64,000 bases of DNA from Betaproteobacteria bacterium UBA5216 (GCA_002412495.1 DHVE01000135.1:22199-86198), one strand, 5' to 3'. Positions 38,977 to 49,491 are shown, counted from the first letter of the stretch. The notes: generated from the sequence alone by a model not told the origin. A program made the numbers and translations.

Positions 38977-40488
38977 TTACGCCGCCGGCTTCTGCATATA
39001 CCCATAACGAAGGTTGGTGCGGCCTTCGCCGAACTGGTCGTAGTTGGCTTTGGCGACCGCCACCACGTCGCCGTCCAGGGCGGCGCGTTGCTTGGCGGTG
39101 AAGTGATACAGTCGCGCGGAGTTCTCGCCGAATATCGCTTTTTTGACCGGGCCATCCGCCGCGCCTAGTGGCGCATAGCCGTATTTTTTTTGCATCTCGT
39201 CGGGAATTTCCAGGCGGCGTAGCGCTTCGATCTGCCATTGCGGCGCACCGGTCCAGATGGCGTCGCTGCCCCACACGATATGATCGGCGCCCAGGCCCTT
39301 GACGAGTTGCCCGAGCATGGCGGCACACAAGCGCGGTTCGGCGATGGTGCTCTGCGCGAAGATTTGTCCGAGATCGCCGTAGACGTTTTTCACGCCGTGC
39401 TTGGCGGGGATTTCCGCGAGGTCGGTTACCCAATCGATGCGGCCAGTTTTCTCGAACTGCTCCCAGCCCGCGGCCCACGCGCCGCCGGTATAGCGGAATC
39501 CCGAGTGATAAATCACGAAATTCAGTTGCGGGAAATCCTTCGCGGCCTTGGCCACGTCACGCACGTCTGCGTGCTTCAATAAATCGGGGAACTGCTTGGT
39601 GGTCGAAGGCGGAAACAGCCCCTTGTGGATGCACACGTTGGCGAGGCTGGGGGTGGTTTTGCTCCATTTCACCAGCCGCTCGTAGAACGGATACAACAGC
39701 TTTTCATCATCGAGATGCCACGGGTGCTTGGACAAATGTTTGTTGGTGTTGTCGCCCACGGTGTAACCCTTGAACGAATCGGGCTTCAATGTTTCGTAAT
39801 CCTTGTCAACCTTTTCGAGCCAGCCCGGCGTGCCGGGCATGAAAATCGCGTGCGAGAACATGCGCTTGGAGCCCGCCTTTTTGTTCACGTCGGCGCGCGT
39901 CGAGGCCTTCATTTCGTTGGTGAGGAACCAGTCGCGCGGATCTTCGGAACCCGAGCCGGAAATCAGCGCCACCTTGGTGTCACTGTCCATGTAAATCTCT
40001 TTGAAGTAATTCGCGAACTTCAGATCGTCGAGCGTTTGCGGTTTGCCCACCAGCGCGGGGTTCCACGACGCCTTACCCACGGCTTCGCGCGACTTGACGA
40101 AATTTTCGAGACGCGTGTCATCACGTAGGTAATGCGTGTGCATGTCCATGATGAACTGGCCCTTCAACGCATTGGCGCGCTCATTCGCCATTTCGGGCGT
40201 GGCGGCCTCGGCGCGGCTTACCGCGTACATCGGGCCGAAGGTGTCGTTCATCGCCACGAACGCGGCGGCCATGCCTGCCGCACTTTGGAAAAACGTGCGG
40301 CGCGACACGCCTTGTTTCTTTGCGAGCTCGCTGCCGATTTGTTTGACGCGCGCTTCGAACTCGCGCTGCTTCGGCGATTGCGGACCGGGAACAAATTCAT
40401 CGCTCGACACGGGCTGCGTGGGAATCGGCGAGCGGAATTTCGCGGTCTCCGCCGGAATCAGTCGGGCTATCTCGTCGGGTGACATCAT
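38977..40488 (-). CDS. Amidohydrolase_2 family protein with twin-arginine-like segment
   Basis: DMHTH, CIHKG, IYHSG, VWGSDAIW; SRRTFF followed by a hydrophobic stretch. Confidence 0.87.
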   Translation of the reverse strand: MMSPDEIARLIPAETAKFRSPIPTQPVSSDEFVPGPQSPKQREFEARVKQIGSELAKKQGVSRRTFFQSAAGMAAAFVAMNDTFGPMYAVSRAEAATPEMANERANALKGQFIMDMHTHYLRDDTRLENFVKSREAVGKASWNPALVGKPQTLDDLKFANYFKEIYMDSDTKVALISGSGSEDPRDWFLTNEMKASTRADVNKKAGSKRMFSHAIFMPGTPGWLEKVDKDYETLKPDSFKGYTVGDNTNKHLSKHPWHLDDEKLLYPFYERLVKWSKTTPSLANVCIHKGLFPPSTTKQFPDLLKHADVRDVAKAAKDFPQLNFVIYHSGFRYTGGAWAAGWEQFEKTGRIDWVTDLAEIPAKHGVKNVYGDLGQIFAQSTIAEPRLCAAMLGQLVKGLGADHIVWGSDAIWTGAPQWQIEALRRLEIPDEMQKKYGYAPLGAADGPVKKAIFGENSARLYHFTAKQRAALDGDVVAVAKANYDQFGEGRTNLRYGYMQKPAA

Positions 40489-40638
40489 GTGCGGGTCTCC
40501 ATTTCGTGTGAATGACAAATCAAATCGGGTTGGGACAAATCACGACGCCGACCATGGTTCACGGCGCTGGACGCGTATTTTATGGCAACCCCGTCCCTTG
40601 TTGCGAATACACCATAACACATTGTTTTTTAGATGTTT

Positions 40639-41655
40639 TCAATCTGCCTTGGCACCGGAATCACGCACCACCTTGCTCCACTTGGGAATTTCCGCACGCA
40701 GGAAGGCAGCGAATTCTTCGGGCTTGCCGCCGCGTGCCTCGACGCCTTGCGTGGCGAGGCGATCCTTTAATTCGCCGGTTGCCAGCGCTGCATTCATCTC
40801 GGCATTTATTTTGGAGATCACCGCGGCGGGCGTCGCGGCTGGCACCACGATGCCGTGCCACGTGAGCGCTTCAAATCCCGGGATGCCTTCCGCAACGGTA
40901 GGCAAGTCCGGCACGGAGGGTGAGCGCTGCGCGGAAGTGACCGCCAGCGCGCGCAAACGTCCGGAACGCGCATGCGGAATCACCGATGCGGCCGTGGCGA
41001 ACATGAAATGCACATGCCCGCTGACCAGATCGATCACCGCGGGCCCGCCACCTTTGTACGGTATGTGCTGGTAGTTCACGCCCGCCAGACCCTTGAACAA
41101 TTCGCCCGCCAGATGTCCGGCGGTGCCGGTGCCGGAAGAGGCGTAGTTCAATTGGCCGGGCCGCGCCTTGGCGAGTGCAACGAGTTCCTTCACGTTTTTC
41201 ACCGGCAGCGAGGGATGCGTCACCAGCACGCTCGGTTGCGTTGCAATCAGCACCACCGTCGCAAAGTCACGCACCGAATCAAACGGCATTTTCTGGTACA
41301 AGGCCTGATTGGTGGCGAGGATGCCGTTGTTGCCGAGAAACCAGGTGTGCCCATCGGGTGCCGAACGCGCGACGATCTCGCCGGCGATATTGCCGCCCGC
41401 GCCGGGCCGATTTTCGATAACGATTTGCTGTCCCAGCCGCGCGGTTAGCGGCCCCACCAGCAGGCGCGCCACCGCGTCACTGGCACCACCGGGTGGGTAG
41501 CCCAGTATGAAACGGATCGGTTTGGATGGGAACGGTGCATCGGCCGCTTGTGCGCCCGTCACCATGACGCCCGCCGCCACTGCCGCAATTGCCGCCACCG
41601 CGGCGGCGTAGCCGTGCAAGCATCGGATGGATAAAAACCCTGTTAACTTTGGCAT
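40639..41655 (-). CDS. Bug/TctC substrate-binding protein
   Basis: GYPPGGASD, ENRPGAGG, HIPYKGGGP. Confidence 0.92.
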   Translation of the reverse strand: MPKLTGFLSIRCLHGYAAAVAAIAAVAAGVMVTGAQAADAPFPSKPIRFILGYPPGGASDAVARLLVGPLTARLGQQIVIENRPGAGGNIAGEIVARSAPDGHTWFLGNNGILATNQALYQKMPFDSVRDFATVVLIATQPSVLVTHPSLPVKNVKELVALAKARPGQLNYASSGTGTAGHLAGELFKGLAGVNYQHIPYKGGGPAVIDLVSGHVHFMFATAASVIPHARSGRLRALAVTSAQRSPSVPDLPTVAEGIPGFEALTWHGIVVPAATPAAVISKINAEMNAALATGELKDRLATQGVEARGGKPEEFAAFLRAEIPKWSKVVRDSGAKAD

Positions 41656-41796
41656 GGCGCACCTCGTTGAATCCAAGTATGGGCGTTCGCGTACCACCCT
41701 ATGAGCGGGCCGCCTGTTTGACTGCAAACCGATTGACTATGCGCGCTTGAGCGCTGGCCACGTGCTTAAGCGCTGACCGCTTGACACTACATTACG

Positions 41797-42216
41797 CTAT
41801 TTGACGATCTGCAATTTCGGGCGCTGCGGCGGTGGTGGCGGCTCGTCCGGCTCGGGCGGCGGCGCAGTGGAAGCGGGTTGCCCCTTGTTGGTCGCACCTG
41901 CGTCGGTTTCCGGCGGGAAAAAAAGCCCTTGGCCATTCTCGCGGGCAAAGATGCCCGCGACCGCCTGCATCGGAATTGAACACTCGCGCGACACGCCGCT
42001 GAAGCGTGCCGCGAACTGCACCATGTCATTGCCGATGGTGAGTTTATGCGTCGCATCGTAGCCGAGATTGAGCACGATTTCGCCGTTCTTCACGAACTCC
42101 ATCGGCACGCGCGTGTTCTCGTCCACCTTGACGGACAGATACGGCGTGTAGCCGCTATCCGTGCACCACTCGTGGATGGCACGGATCAGATAGGGTTTGG
42201 TAGATCGTTCGGCCAT
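41797..42216 (-). CDS. sspB: ClpXP specificity-enhancing factor SspB
   Basis: KPYLIRAIHEWC.D, ARENGQG, C-terminal LQIVK ClpX-binding tail. Confidence 0.95.
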   Translation of the reverse strand: MAERSTKPYLIRAIHEWCTDSGYTPYLSVKVDENTRVPMEFVKNGEIVLNLGYDATHKLTIGNDMVQFAARFSGVSRECSIPMQAVAGIFARENGQGLFFPPETDAGATNKGQPASTAPPPEPDEPPPPPQRPKLQIVK

Positions 42217-42225
42217 CGGCTTGGA

Positions 42226-42292
42226 GTGAGGCGTGAGGCGAAAAACCCGCGGTGGTGGAGAGGATACGCCCCCTCACGCCTAACGCCTCACG
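42226..42292. repeat. Inverted heptamer array (GTGAGGC)n ... (CCTCACG)n
   Basis: Direct reading of the sspA-sspB spacer. Confidence 0.75.
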
Positions 42293-42298
42293 AACCAC

Positions 42299-42898
42299 TT
42301 ACTTGCGCATGACCTTTTCCGACGCGGTAAGCGCATCGATATACGCCGGACGGCTAAACAGGCGCTCGGCGTATTTCATCAACGGCGCGGCCTGCTTCGG
42401 CAACTGGATGTCGTAGTGATCGAGCCGCCACAGGAGCGGCGCGATGGCCACGTCGAGCATGGAGAACTCATCCCCCAGCATGAACTTCTGCTTGGCGAAA
42501 ACCGGCGAAATCTGCGTCAGCGCATCGCGAATTACCTGGCGGCCCTTTTCAGCCTGCTTCTGCGTGCCTTTTTCGATGGAATGGATGTGGCCGAACATCT
42601 CATTCTCGAAGCGATACAGGAACAATCGCGCGCGCGCGCGCATCACCGGATCGGCCGGCATCAATTGCGGGTGCGGAAAGCGGTCATCGATGTATTCGTT
42701 GATGATGTTCGATTCGTAGAGAATCAGATCGCGCTCCACCAGCACCGGCACCTGGTTGTACGGGTTCATTACCGCGAGATCTTCGGGCTTGTTGAAAAGA
42801 TCAACATCGACGATCTGGAAATCCATGCCCTTTTCGTAGAGCACGATGCGGCAACGTTGGCTGAAAGGACACGTAGTGCCCGAATAAAGGGTCATCAT
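42299..42898 (-). CDS. sspA: Stringent starvation protein A (GST fold)
   Basis: MMTLYSG.TCPFS, NPYNQVP.LVER, synteny with petC and sspB. Confidence 0.95.
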   Translation of the reverse strand: MMTLYSGTTCPFSQRCRIVLYEKGMDFQIVDVDLFNKPEDLAVMNPYNQVPVLVERDLILYESNIINEYIDDRFPHPQLMPADPVMRARARLFLYRFENEMFGHIHSIEKGTQKQAEKGRQVIRDALTQISPVFAKQKFMLGDEFSMLDVAIAPLLWRLDHYDIQLPKQAAPLMKYAERLFSRPAYIDALTASEKVMRK

Positions 42899-42915
42899 TT
42901 GCGGATACCTGAGAA

Positions 42916-43047
42916 GCGTGAGAGTTGGGGCGTGGGACGTGAGGCGCGAAACGTGAGGAACGAGGCACGAGGCATGAGACGCAAACGCCGGGGACTACAT
43001 CCCCCCTTCACGCCTCGCGCCTTATGCTTTACGCCTTTAACCTTACG
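42916..43047. repeat. Inverted heptamer array (about 9 + 6 degenerate units)
   Basis: GCGTGAG-like units followed by CCTYACG-like units in the petC-sspA spacer. Confidence 0.78.
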
Positions 43048-43051
43048 ATTT

Positions 43052-43810
43052 TTAGTGTATGTCTTTCCAGAAATTGACTTTCAACGCATAGATGAGCGGT
43101 ATCAGCAGAAACAGGAATCCCATCACGATCAGGCCAATGGTCTTGCGGCTCTTGGCGGCCGGCTCCCCCATGTACACCAGATAATTCACCAGATCTCCCA
43201 CGGCGCGATCGTATTCCAGCGCGGACAGTTTGCCGGGCTTGGCAAGCACGGGCTTTTCCACGCTTGCCGTGTAGCCGTCGGCCTGCATCTGGCCGGCTTT
43301 CAACACCTGCTCCCCCTGCAATTCCCACAGCGCGTGCGGCATGCCGACGTTGGGAAACGTGGTGTTATTCCAGCCGGTCGGGCGTGACGCATCGCGGTAG
43401 AACGTGCGCAGATAGGTATAGAGCCAATCCGCGCCCGAACCCGCCTCGGAGGCACGCGAACGCGCGATCACGGTGAGATCCGGCGGCTGCGCGCCGAACC
43501 ATACCTTGGCTTCGCCGGCGTCCATGGTATTTTTCATCAGGTCGCCGACCTTCCCGCCGCTGAACACGAGATTGTCGAGTATCTCTTTATTGCTTAATCC
43601 GATGTCCTGCAAGCGGTTGTAGCGCATGTAATTCGCGCTATGGCAATTCAGGCAATAGTTGACGAACAGCGCGGCGCCGCGTTGCAGCGACTCGGTGTTA
43701 TTCAGATTGACAGGGGCACGGTCGAGCTTGACGTGATCGCCGGCGCCCACCGCAAATGACGGAACCAGCGCGCAAACCAGCAGAGCAACGGAAATAATTT
43801 TTCTTGTCAT
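43052..43810 (-). CDS. petC: Cytochrome c1
   Basis: LQRGA..FVNYCLNCH, PPDL, MPH, C-terminal TM anchor. Confidence 0.95.
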   Translation of the reverse strand: MTRKIISVALLVCALVPSFAVGAGDHVKLDRAPVNLNNTESLQRGAALFVNYCLNCHSANYMRYNRLQDIGLSNKEILDNLVFSGGKVGDLMKNTMDAGEAKVWFGAQPPDLTVIARSRASEAGSGADWLYTYLRTFYRDASRPTGWNNTTFPNVGMPHALWELQGEQVLKAGQMQADGYTASVEKPVLAKPGKLSALEYDRAVGDLVNYLVYMGEPAAKSRKTIGLIVMGFLFLLIPLIYALKVNFWKDIH

Positions 43811-43821
43811 GACGGCGCTCC

Positions 43822-45231
43822 TCACATCGTCACCCGGTCGGGTACCGGGTGCGTCTGTTCCATCTGCGTGTACCACGGCATCAGCAGGAAAAACGCGAAA
43901 TAAATCAGCGTGCCGACCTGCGAAATAATCGTGCCCGCCACCGTCACCGGTTGCGTGCCGTAAAAGCCCAGCGTCAGGAACACGATCACGAATATCGTCA
44001 GCGCCCAACGCGACAGCGTGCCTTTATAGCGAATCGACTTGACCGGGCTCTTGTCCAGCCATGGCATCAGGAAGAATATCAGCGTGGCCACGCCCATCAG
44101 CACCACGCCCCACACCTTGGCCTCGATCACCCCCATCGCGATCAGCACCACCGGCCCCGCCATCACCGCCACCAGCTTCGACAGACAGCCGCGCGAGGTA
44201 AAGAGTATCAACAGCGTGTAAGCCACCACGCCCGCGCGCAGCACCCACATGAAATCTTCGGTAGTCGCGCGCAGAATGGAGTAATAGGGTGTGAAATACC
44301 ACACCGGCGCGATATGCGGCGGCGTCTTCAGCGGATCGGCGGGGATGAAGTTGTTGTACTCAAGGAAATAACCGCCCATCTCCGGCATGAAAAACAGAAT
44401 TGCGCAGAACACCGCGGCAAACACCACCACGCCCAGCGCGTCCTTCACCACGTAATACGGAAAGAACGGAATGCCGTCCACCGGGATGCCTTGCGCGTTC
44501 TTGTTCTGCTTGATCTCGACGCCATCGGGGTTATTGGAACCCACCTCGTGCAACGCGAGTATGTGTGCTGACACCAAGCCCAATATCGCCAGCGGAATCG
44601 CGATCACGTGAAACGCGAAGAAGCGGTTCAGGGTGGCATCGGACACCACGAAGTCACCGCGCACCCAAGTCGACAGATCCGGCCCGATGATCGGCAACGC
44701 ATCAAAGAGGTTCACGATCACCTGCGCGCCCCAGAACGACATCTGGCCCCACGGCAGCAGGTAACCGAAAAACGCCTCGGCCATCAGCGCGAGATAAATC
44801 ACCATGCCGAAAATCCAGATCAGTTCGCGCGGCGCGCGATACGAGCCGTACATCAGCCCGCGGAACATGTGCAGATAAATCACGATGAAAAATGCCGACG
44901 CGCCGGTCGAGTGCATGTAGCGGATCAGCCAGCCGCCTGGCACGTCGCGCATGATGTATTCCACTGACGCGAATGCTTCGGCCGCCGACGGCTTGTAGTG
45001 CATCACCAGGAAAATGCCGGTGACAATTTGCAGCACCAGCACCACCATCGCCAGCGAGCCGAAGTAATACCAGAAGTTAAAGTTCTTCGGCGCGTAATAT
45101 TCCGACAGATGCTCTTTCCACTGTGACATCAGCGGAAAGCGTTGATCCACCCACGTGAGTAGCCCGCCGAGCGGCGCATTCAATGGGCCCGCCCAGTTAA
45201 CGTTTACCGGTTCTTTTTTTGTAGCGGCCAT
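43822..45231 (-). CDS. petB: Cytochrome b
   Basis: NFWYYFGSL, RYMHSTGAS, PWGQMSFWGA, PVWY. Confidence 0.97.
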   Translation of the reverse strand: MAATKKEPVNVNWAGPLNAPLGGLLTWVDQRFPLMSQWKEHLSEYYAPKNFNFWYYFGSLAMVVLVLQIVTGIFLVMHYKPSAAEAFASVEYIMRDVPGGWLIRYMHSTGASAFFIVIYLHMFRGLMYGSYRAPRELIWIFGMVIYLALMAEAFFGYLLPWGQMSFWGAQVIVNLFDALPIIGPDLSTWVRGDFVVSDATLNRFFAFHVIAIPLAILGLVSAHILALHEVGSNNPDGVEIKQNKNAQGIPVDGIPFFPYYVVKDALGVVVFAAVFCAILFFMPEMGGYFLEYNNFIPADPLKTPPHIAPVWYFTPYYSILRATTEDFMWVLRAGVVAYTLLILFTSRGCLSKLVAVMAGPVVLIAMGVIEAKVWGVVLMGVATLIFFLMPWLDKSPVKSIRYKGTLSRWALTIFVIVFLTLGFYGTQPVTVAGTIISQVGTLIYFAFFLLMPWYTQMEQTHPVPDRVTM

Positions 45232-45234
45232 TTT

Positions 45235-45837
45235 TTACGCGGCTCCCTTGTCGCTTGCGTCCTCGCCAATCAATATCTTGCCTTCCGACAGAAACTTGTG
45301 CGGCGGCACCACCAGATTGTCGGGCGCGGGTTTGTTTTTATAAACGCGGCCCGCCAGATCAAACAACGAACCGTGACACGGGCAATAGAATCCGCCCTTC
45401 CAGTCCGACGCAAACGCCTCGGCTTGAGCCTGGAATTTTTCCACGGGCGAACACCCCAAATGCGTGCAGATGCCAACCAGCACAAGGTATTCCGGCTTGA
45501 TTGAACGCATTTCGTTGGTGGCGTACTTTGGCTGCATATCTTTCTTGGAAGCCGGATCGGACACCTTGTCGGCGTTTTTCTTTATCGTGTCCAGCATTTC
45601 CGGCGTACGACGCACGATCCACACCGGCTTGCCGCGCCATTCAACGGTCATGCGCTCGCCGGGGGCGAGCTGGCTGATGTCAGCCTCCACCGGCGCACCG
45701 GCCGCCTTGGCACGTTCAGAGGGAAACATGCTCGCCACAAACGGCACACCTGCGGCAGCCGTTGCCACGCCACCAGCCACCGTACTCGCGGCCACAAGCA
45801 TGCAGCGCCGGCCTTTGTCGGGTTGTTGTTCAGCCAT
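45235..45837 (-). CDS. petA: Rieske iron-sulfur subunit
   Basis: RR Tat anchor, CTHLGC, CPCHGS. Confidence 0.97.
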   Translation of the reverse strand: MAEQQPDKGRRCMLVAASTVAGGVATAAAGVPFVASMFPSERAKAAGAPVEADISQLAPGERMTVEWRGKPVWIVRRTPEMLDTIKKNADKVSDPASKKDMQPKYATNEMRSIKPEYLVLVGICTHLGCSPVEKFQAQAEAFASDWKGGFYCPCHGSLFDLAGRVYKNKPAPDNLVVPPHKFLSEGKILIGEDASDKGAA

Positions 45838-46097
45838 TCTGGGAAATATCCTGATGAGATTGTTTGAAATTGCGCGCTGGCACGTCAAACCACATCGCCG
45901 TCACGCAGGATCGCGAAAACGACTCATTTTACACGAACTCGCCCCTGAAAGTGAAATATTTCATAAATAATCGGTTTAAAAACAAATGGTTACATAAGAA
46001 TCGCGCATGGCGCGTCATGGCATTGCCGATCTGGCATCCGCCGTTCGACCCTCCCGCCGTTTTGCGCAATAATCACAGCCTTCAGGGACGTTTCACC

Positions 46098-47270
46098 ATG
46101 TTAAAAAAATTCTGGTTGTTCTTCGCGCAAGCCGTCACGATTTGTATCGCGGTGTTGTTTGTGATTACCACGCTGCGGCCCGATTTGTTGCCTTGGAACG
46201 CGCCACCGCCCGCGCCCGTTGCCAAAGTCGCCGCACCGGTGGCCGTCGTCCCGCCGGGCGGACGGCTGGCCTCGTTCAGCGAAGCTGTGAAGCGCGCCAT
46301 GCCCACCGTGGTCAACATTTACACCAGCAAGGAAGTGAAGGCACAACGCACGCCGTTCATGGACGATCCGGTATTCCGCTATTTTTTTGGCGGCGAAGGC
46401 GAAAGCCAGGGCGGCGCGCAAAAGAGCAACAACCTGGGTTCCGGCGTGATCGTCAGCGATCAAGGCTACATCCTCACCAATGCGCATGTGGTCGAGGCAG
46501 CCGATGAAATCGAGGTGGCTCTCTCGGACAACCGCCGCGCCAAAGCCAAAGTCATCGGCACCGATCCGGATACCGATCTCGCAGTCATCAAAATCGATTT
46601 GCCGAAATTACCGGCGATCACCTTCGGCCAGTCCGATCAGGCGCAAGTCGGCGACATGGTGCTCGCCATCGGCAACCCGTTCGGCGTCGGACAAACGGTT
46701 ACCATGGGCATCATCAGCGCGCTTGCGCGCAGCCATCTCGGCATCAACACCTTCGAAAACTTCATCCAGACCGACGCCGCGATCAACCCCGGCAATTCCG
46801 GCGGCGCGCTGGTCGATATCAACGGCCATATGATTGGCATCAACACTGCGATTTACTCGCGCACACCGGGCGGCGCCTCGCTTGGCATCGGCTTCGCGAT
46901 ACCCGCCGCCGCCGCGAAGCAGGTGCTCGATCAACTGGTGCAAACCGGCACGGTCACGCGCGGATGGATTGGCGTGGCGGTGCAGGATTTGAACAGCGAA
47001 CTGGCCGAGTCGCTCAAATTAGCCGAAGCGCGCGGCACCTTGATCACCGAAGTATTCAGTGGCACGCCCGCCGATCAGGGCGGCATGAAAGCCGGCGACG
47101 TGCTGGTCGCGGTGGACGGCAAACCGGTGACCGATTCGGCAAGCATGCTGACACTGATATCGGCCATAGCGCCCGGAACCAACGCCGCGCTGAAGGTCAT
47201 ACGCGCGCAAAAAGACGTGGAACTGAAAATCACCGTCGGCAAGCGCCCCAAGGTCGCGCGGAAGAAATAG
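46098..47270 (+). CDS. DegS/DegQ (HtrA) serine protease, single PDZ
   Basis: LGSGVI, TNAHV, DLAV, GNSGG. Confidence 0.93.
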   Translation: MLKKFWLFFAQAVTICIAVLFVITTLRPDLLPWNAPPPAPVAKVAAPVAVVPPGGRLASFSEAVKRAMPTVVNIYTSKEVKAQRTPFMDDPVFRYFFGGEGESQGGAQKSNNLGSGVIVSDQGYILTNAHVVEAADEIEVALSDNRRAKAKVIGTDPDTDLAVIKIDLPKLPAITFGQSDQAQVGDMVLAIGNPFGVGQTVTMGIISALARSHLGINTFENFIQTDAAINPGNSGGALVDINGHMIGINTAIYSRTPGGASLGIGFAIPAAAAKQVLDQLVQTGTVTRGWIGVAVQDLNSELAESLKLAEARGTLITEVFSGTPADQGGMKAGDVLVAVDGKPVTDSASMLTLISAIAPGTNAALKVIRAQKDVELKITVGKRPKVARKK

Positions 47271-47326
47271 CGCCCGCCGCAACGTTCGACGGGCGACATG
47301 GACGGCGCGGACGGCGCAGACAACGT

Positions 47327-48157
47327 TTAGCGGCCGCCGCTGTTTTGCTCTTTTTCCAAGGCGGCAAATTCCTGCGCCGTCTGCTCGGGCGTGAGCGCGG
47401 TACTCGCGGTTTTTTCTTCGGTCTCTTCCGGTGCTTTCACCTTGCTCATCAGGCTCGCCGCAATGATGCCGGCTTCGTACAGCAGGCACATGGGAATCAG
47501 CAGGGCCAGCATCGATACCACGTCCGGTGGCGTGACCACGGCAGCGGCTATCGACGCGCAAACCACGAAGTAACCACGAAATTCGCGCAGTTGCTGGATC
47601 GATACCACGCCCATGCGCACCAGCACGATGATCGCCACGGGCACCTCGAATGCAACCCCGAACGCCAGAAACATGGTAAGCACGAACGACAAATACTGCT
47701 CTATGTCCGGCGCGGGCGTGATGCTCGACGGCGCAAACCCCGCGATAAAGCGGAACAGTTGTCCAAACACAAAGTAATAGCAGAACGCCACGCCGACGAT
47801 GAACAGTATGGTGCTGCTGATCACCAGCGGCAGCACCAGTTTCTTTTCATGCGCATAGAGTCCGGGCGCGACGAAAGCCCATGCCTGATACAGCACATAG
47901 GGCAATACCAGCAGGAACGCGGCCATCAAACCCACCTTCAGCGGGATCAGGAACGGCGTGATCACGCCGGTGGCGATCATTTTAGAGCCCGCCGGCAGCG
48001 TCTGAATCAGCGGCAAGGCGAGGAAGTCGTATATCACCGCGTAGGTTGGCCAGAAACCGATTAACGCAAACGCCACGATGATCGCAATCAGCGACCGCAT
48101 CATGCGGTCGCGCAATTCAACCAGATGCGAGATAAAGGTGTCTTCGGTGAGCGACAC
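47327..48157 (-). CDS. tatC: Tat translocase TatC
   Basis: HLVELR, FVAPGLY..E, TPPD. Confidence 0.96.
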   Translation of the reverse strand: MSLTEDTFISHLVELRDRMMRSLIAIIVAFALIGFWPTYAVIYDFLALPLIQTLPAGSKMIATGVITPFLIPLKVGLMAAFLLVLPYVLYQAWAFVAPGLYAHEKKLVLPLVISSTILFIVGVAFCYYFVFGQLFRFIAGFAPSSITPAPDIEQYLSFVLTMFLAFGVAFEVPVAIIVLVRMGVVSIQQLREFRGYFVVCASIAAAVVTPPDVVSMLALLIPMCLLYEAGIIAASLMSKVKAPEETEEKTASTALTPEQTAQEFAALEKEQNSGGR

Positions 48158-48164
48158 GGCGCGC

Positions 48165-48716
48165 CTAGGCCTTTACAGCCGGAGAGGCCGCGACGGGACT
48201 CGCCACCGGCGGCGGCGCGTTGGCAAGCGGCCCGCCTTCCAATCCCAATTCAAGTTGTGGCGACGGCACGCTGGCGGTCGGCTCCACCCGTGGCGCGGGC
48301 TCCATCGGCGGCTCCCGCAGCGGCTCCAATTGTGCGATCGCGGACGCCCTGTCCGCCGGCGACTGCACCGGCGGCGGCTCGGCAAACGCATCCGCGACGG
48401 GATCCGCCGTGGTATCGGACAAGGCCTTGTGCGTGCTGTCGCTCAATTGCTTGAACTCCGATTCCACCGAACTGATTTCGCCCTTGACCGTTTGCTCAAT
48501 GGAACTGGCGGTGTTCTGCATTTCCTTTTGCAGCTTGCGCAATTCATCGAGTTCGATCTCGCGATTGATATCGGCTTTGACATCGTTGACGTAGCGCTGC
48601 ATGCGCCCGAGCAGATGCCCCGCCGTACGCGCCACGCGCGGCAATTTTTCCGGTCCCAGCACTATGAGTGCGATGACCGCGATAACGATCATCTCGGAGA
48701 AGCCTATGTCAAACAT
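48165..48716 (-). CDS. tatB: Tat translocase TatB
   Basis: MFDIGFSE, LGPEKLP. Confidence 0.95.
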   Translation of the reverse strand: MFDIGFSEMIVIAVIALIVLGPEKLPRVARTAGHLLGRMQRYVNDVKADINREIELDELRKLQKEMQNTASSIEQTVKGEISSVESEFKQLSDSTHKALSDTTADPVADAFAEPPPVQSPADRASAIAQLEPLREPPMEPAPRVEPTASVPSPQLELGLEGGPLANAPPPVASPVAASPAVKA

Positions 48717-48720
48717 TTTT

Positions 48721-48815
48721 CGTGAGGCGTAAGGTGTAAGGCGTAAGGTGTTAAGCGAGAGGAACAGCGCGTGCGGCAGGGGGGGCGCCTCACCCCTCAC
48801 GTCTTACGCCTCACG
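48721..48815. repeat. Inverted heptamer array in the tatA-tatB spacer
   Basis: CGTGAGG CGTAAGG TGTAAGG CGTAAGG ... CCTCACC CCTCACG TCTTACG CCTCACG; the last unit supplies the tatA stop. Confidence 0.8.
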
Positions 48816-49059
48816 ATTTCGACGTTTCCTTCTTGACCTCGGCGTCGTACGTTTGACCGGTCTGCCCGGCCGCTGGCGGAATTTCACCCTTGGTTGTCGC
48901 CGCATCCGCCGTTTTATCGCTCTCGGATTTCATGCCATCCTTGAAACCCTTGACCGCGCCACCAAGATCGGAGCCGATATTGCGCAATTTCTTGGTGCCA
49001 AATATCAGCACGATAATCGCTAGAACGATCAACCAGTGCCAGATGCTGAATGAACCCAT
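48811..49059 (-). CDS. tatA: Tat translocase TatA
   Basis: [22 protein letters not shown]. Confidence 0.96.
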   Translation of the reverse strand: MGSFSIWHWLIVLAIIVLIFGTKKLRNIGSDLGGAVKGFKDGMKSESDKTADAATTKGEIPPAAGQTGQTYDAEVKKETSKS

Positions 49060-49158
49060 GTTGTTCTCCTAATATCCAGATTGCGCCGCGCGTGTGATCA
49101 CAGAATTAACACAAAAAGAACGTATATCAAGCGCGCCATGCCCAAGGCGTGCCAAGGT

Positions 49159-49482
49159 TCACGGCTTGCGGGATTTTTTCTCGTCTATGCCGGAAATGCC
49201 CTCGCGCCGGTGCAATTCCGCCAGCACGTCATCCGGCGTCAGGCCATGCCACGCCAGCAACACCATGCTGTGAAACCACAAATCCGCGACCTCGCGTACC
49301 ACGTGCAGTTTATCACCCTCCTTGGATGCGAGCAGCGTTTCCGCAGATTCTTCCGCCACTTTGCGCAAAATCGCATCTTCGCCCTTGGCCATCAATCCGG
49401 CCACATAGGAACTTGCCGGGTCGGCGCCCTTGCGCGCCGCCAGCGTCTCGCCCAGCCGCTGCAATACCTTGGCATCGATCAT
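49159..49482 (-). CDS. hisE: Phosphoribosyl-ATP pyrophosphatase
   Basis: [20 protein letters not shown]. Confidence 0.95.
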   Translation of the reverse strand: MIDAKVLQRLGETLAARKGADPASSYVAGLMAKGEDAILRKVAEESAETLLASKEGDKLHVVREVADLWFHSMVLLAWHGLTPDDVLAELHRREGISGIDEKKSRKP

Positions 49483-49491
49483 TGTGCTGCC

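Noticed and set aside
42916-43047. CRISPR-like array
   Set aside because: Units are 7 nt with no unique spacers, and no cas genes are present
49136-49155. Possible sigma-54 promoter upstream of tatA (minus strand TGGCACGCCTTGGGCA)
   Set aside because: GG-N10-GC spacing fits, but the -12 box deviates from TTGC and there is no supporting activator evidence
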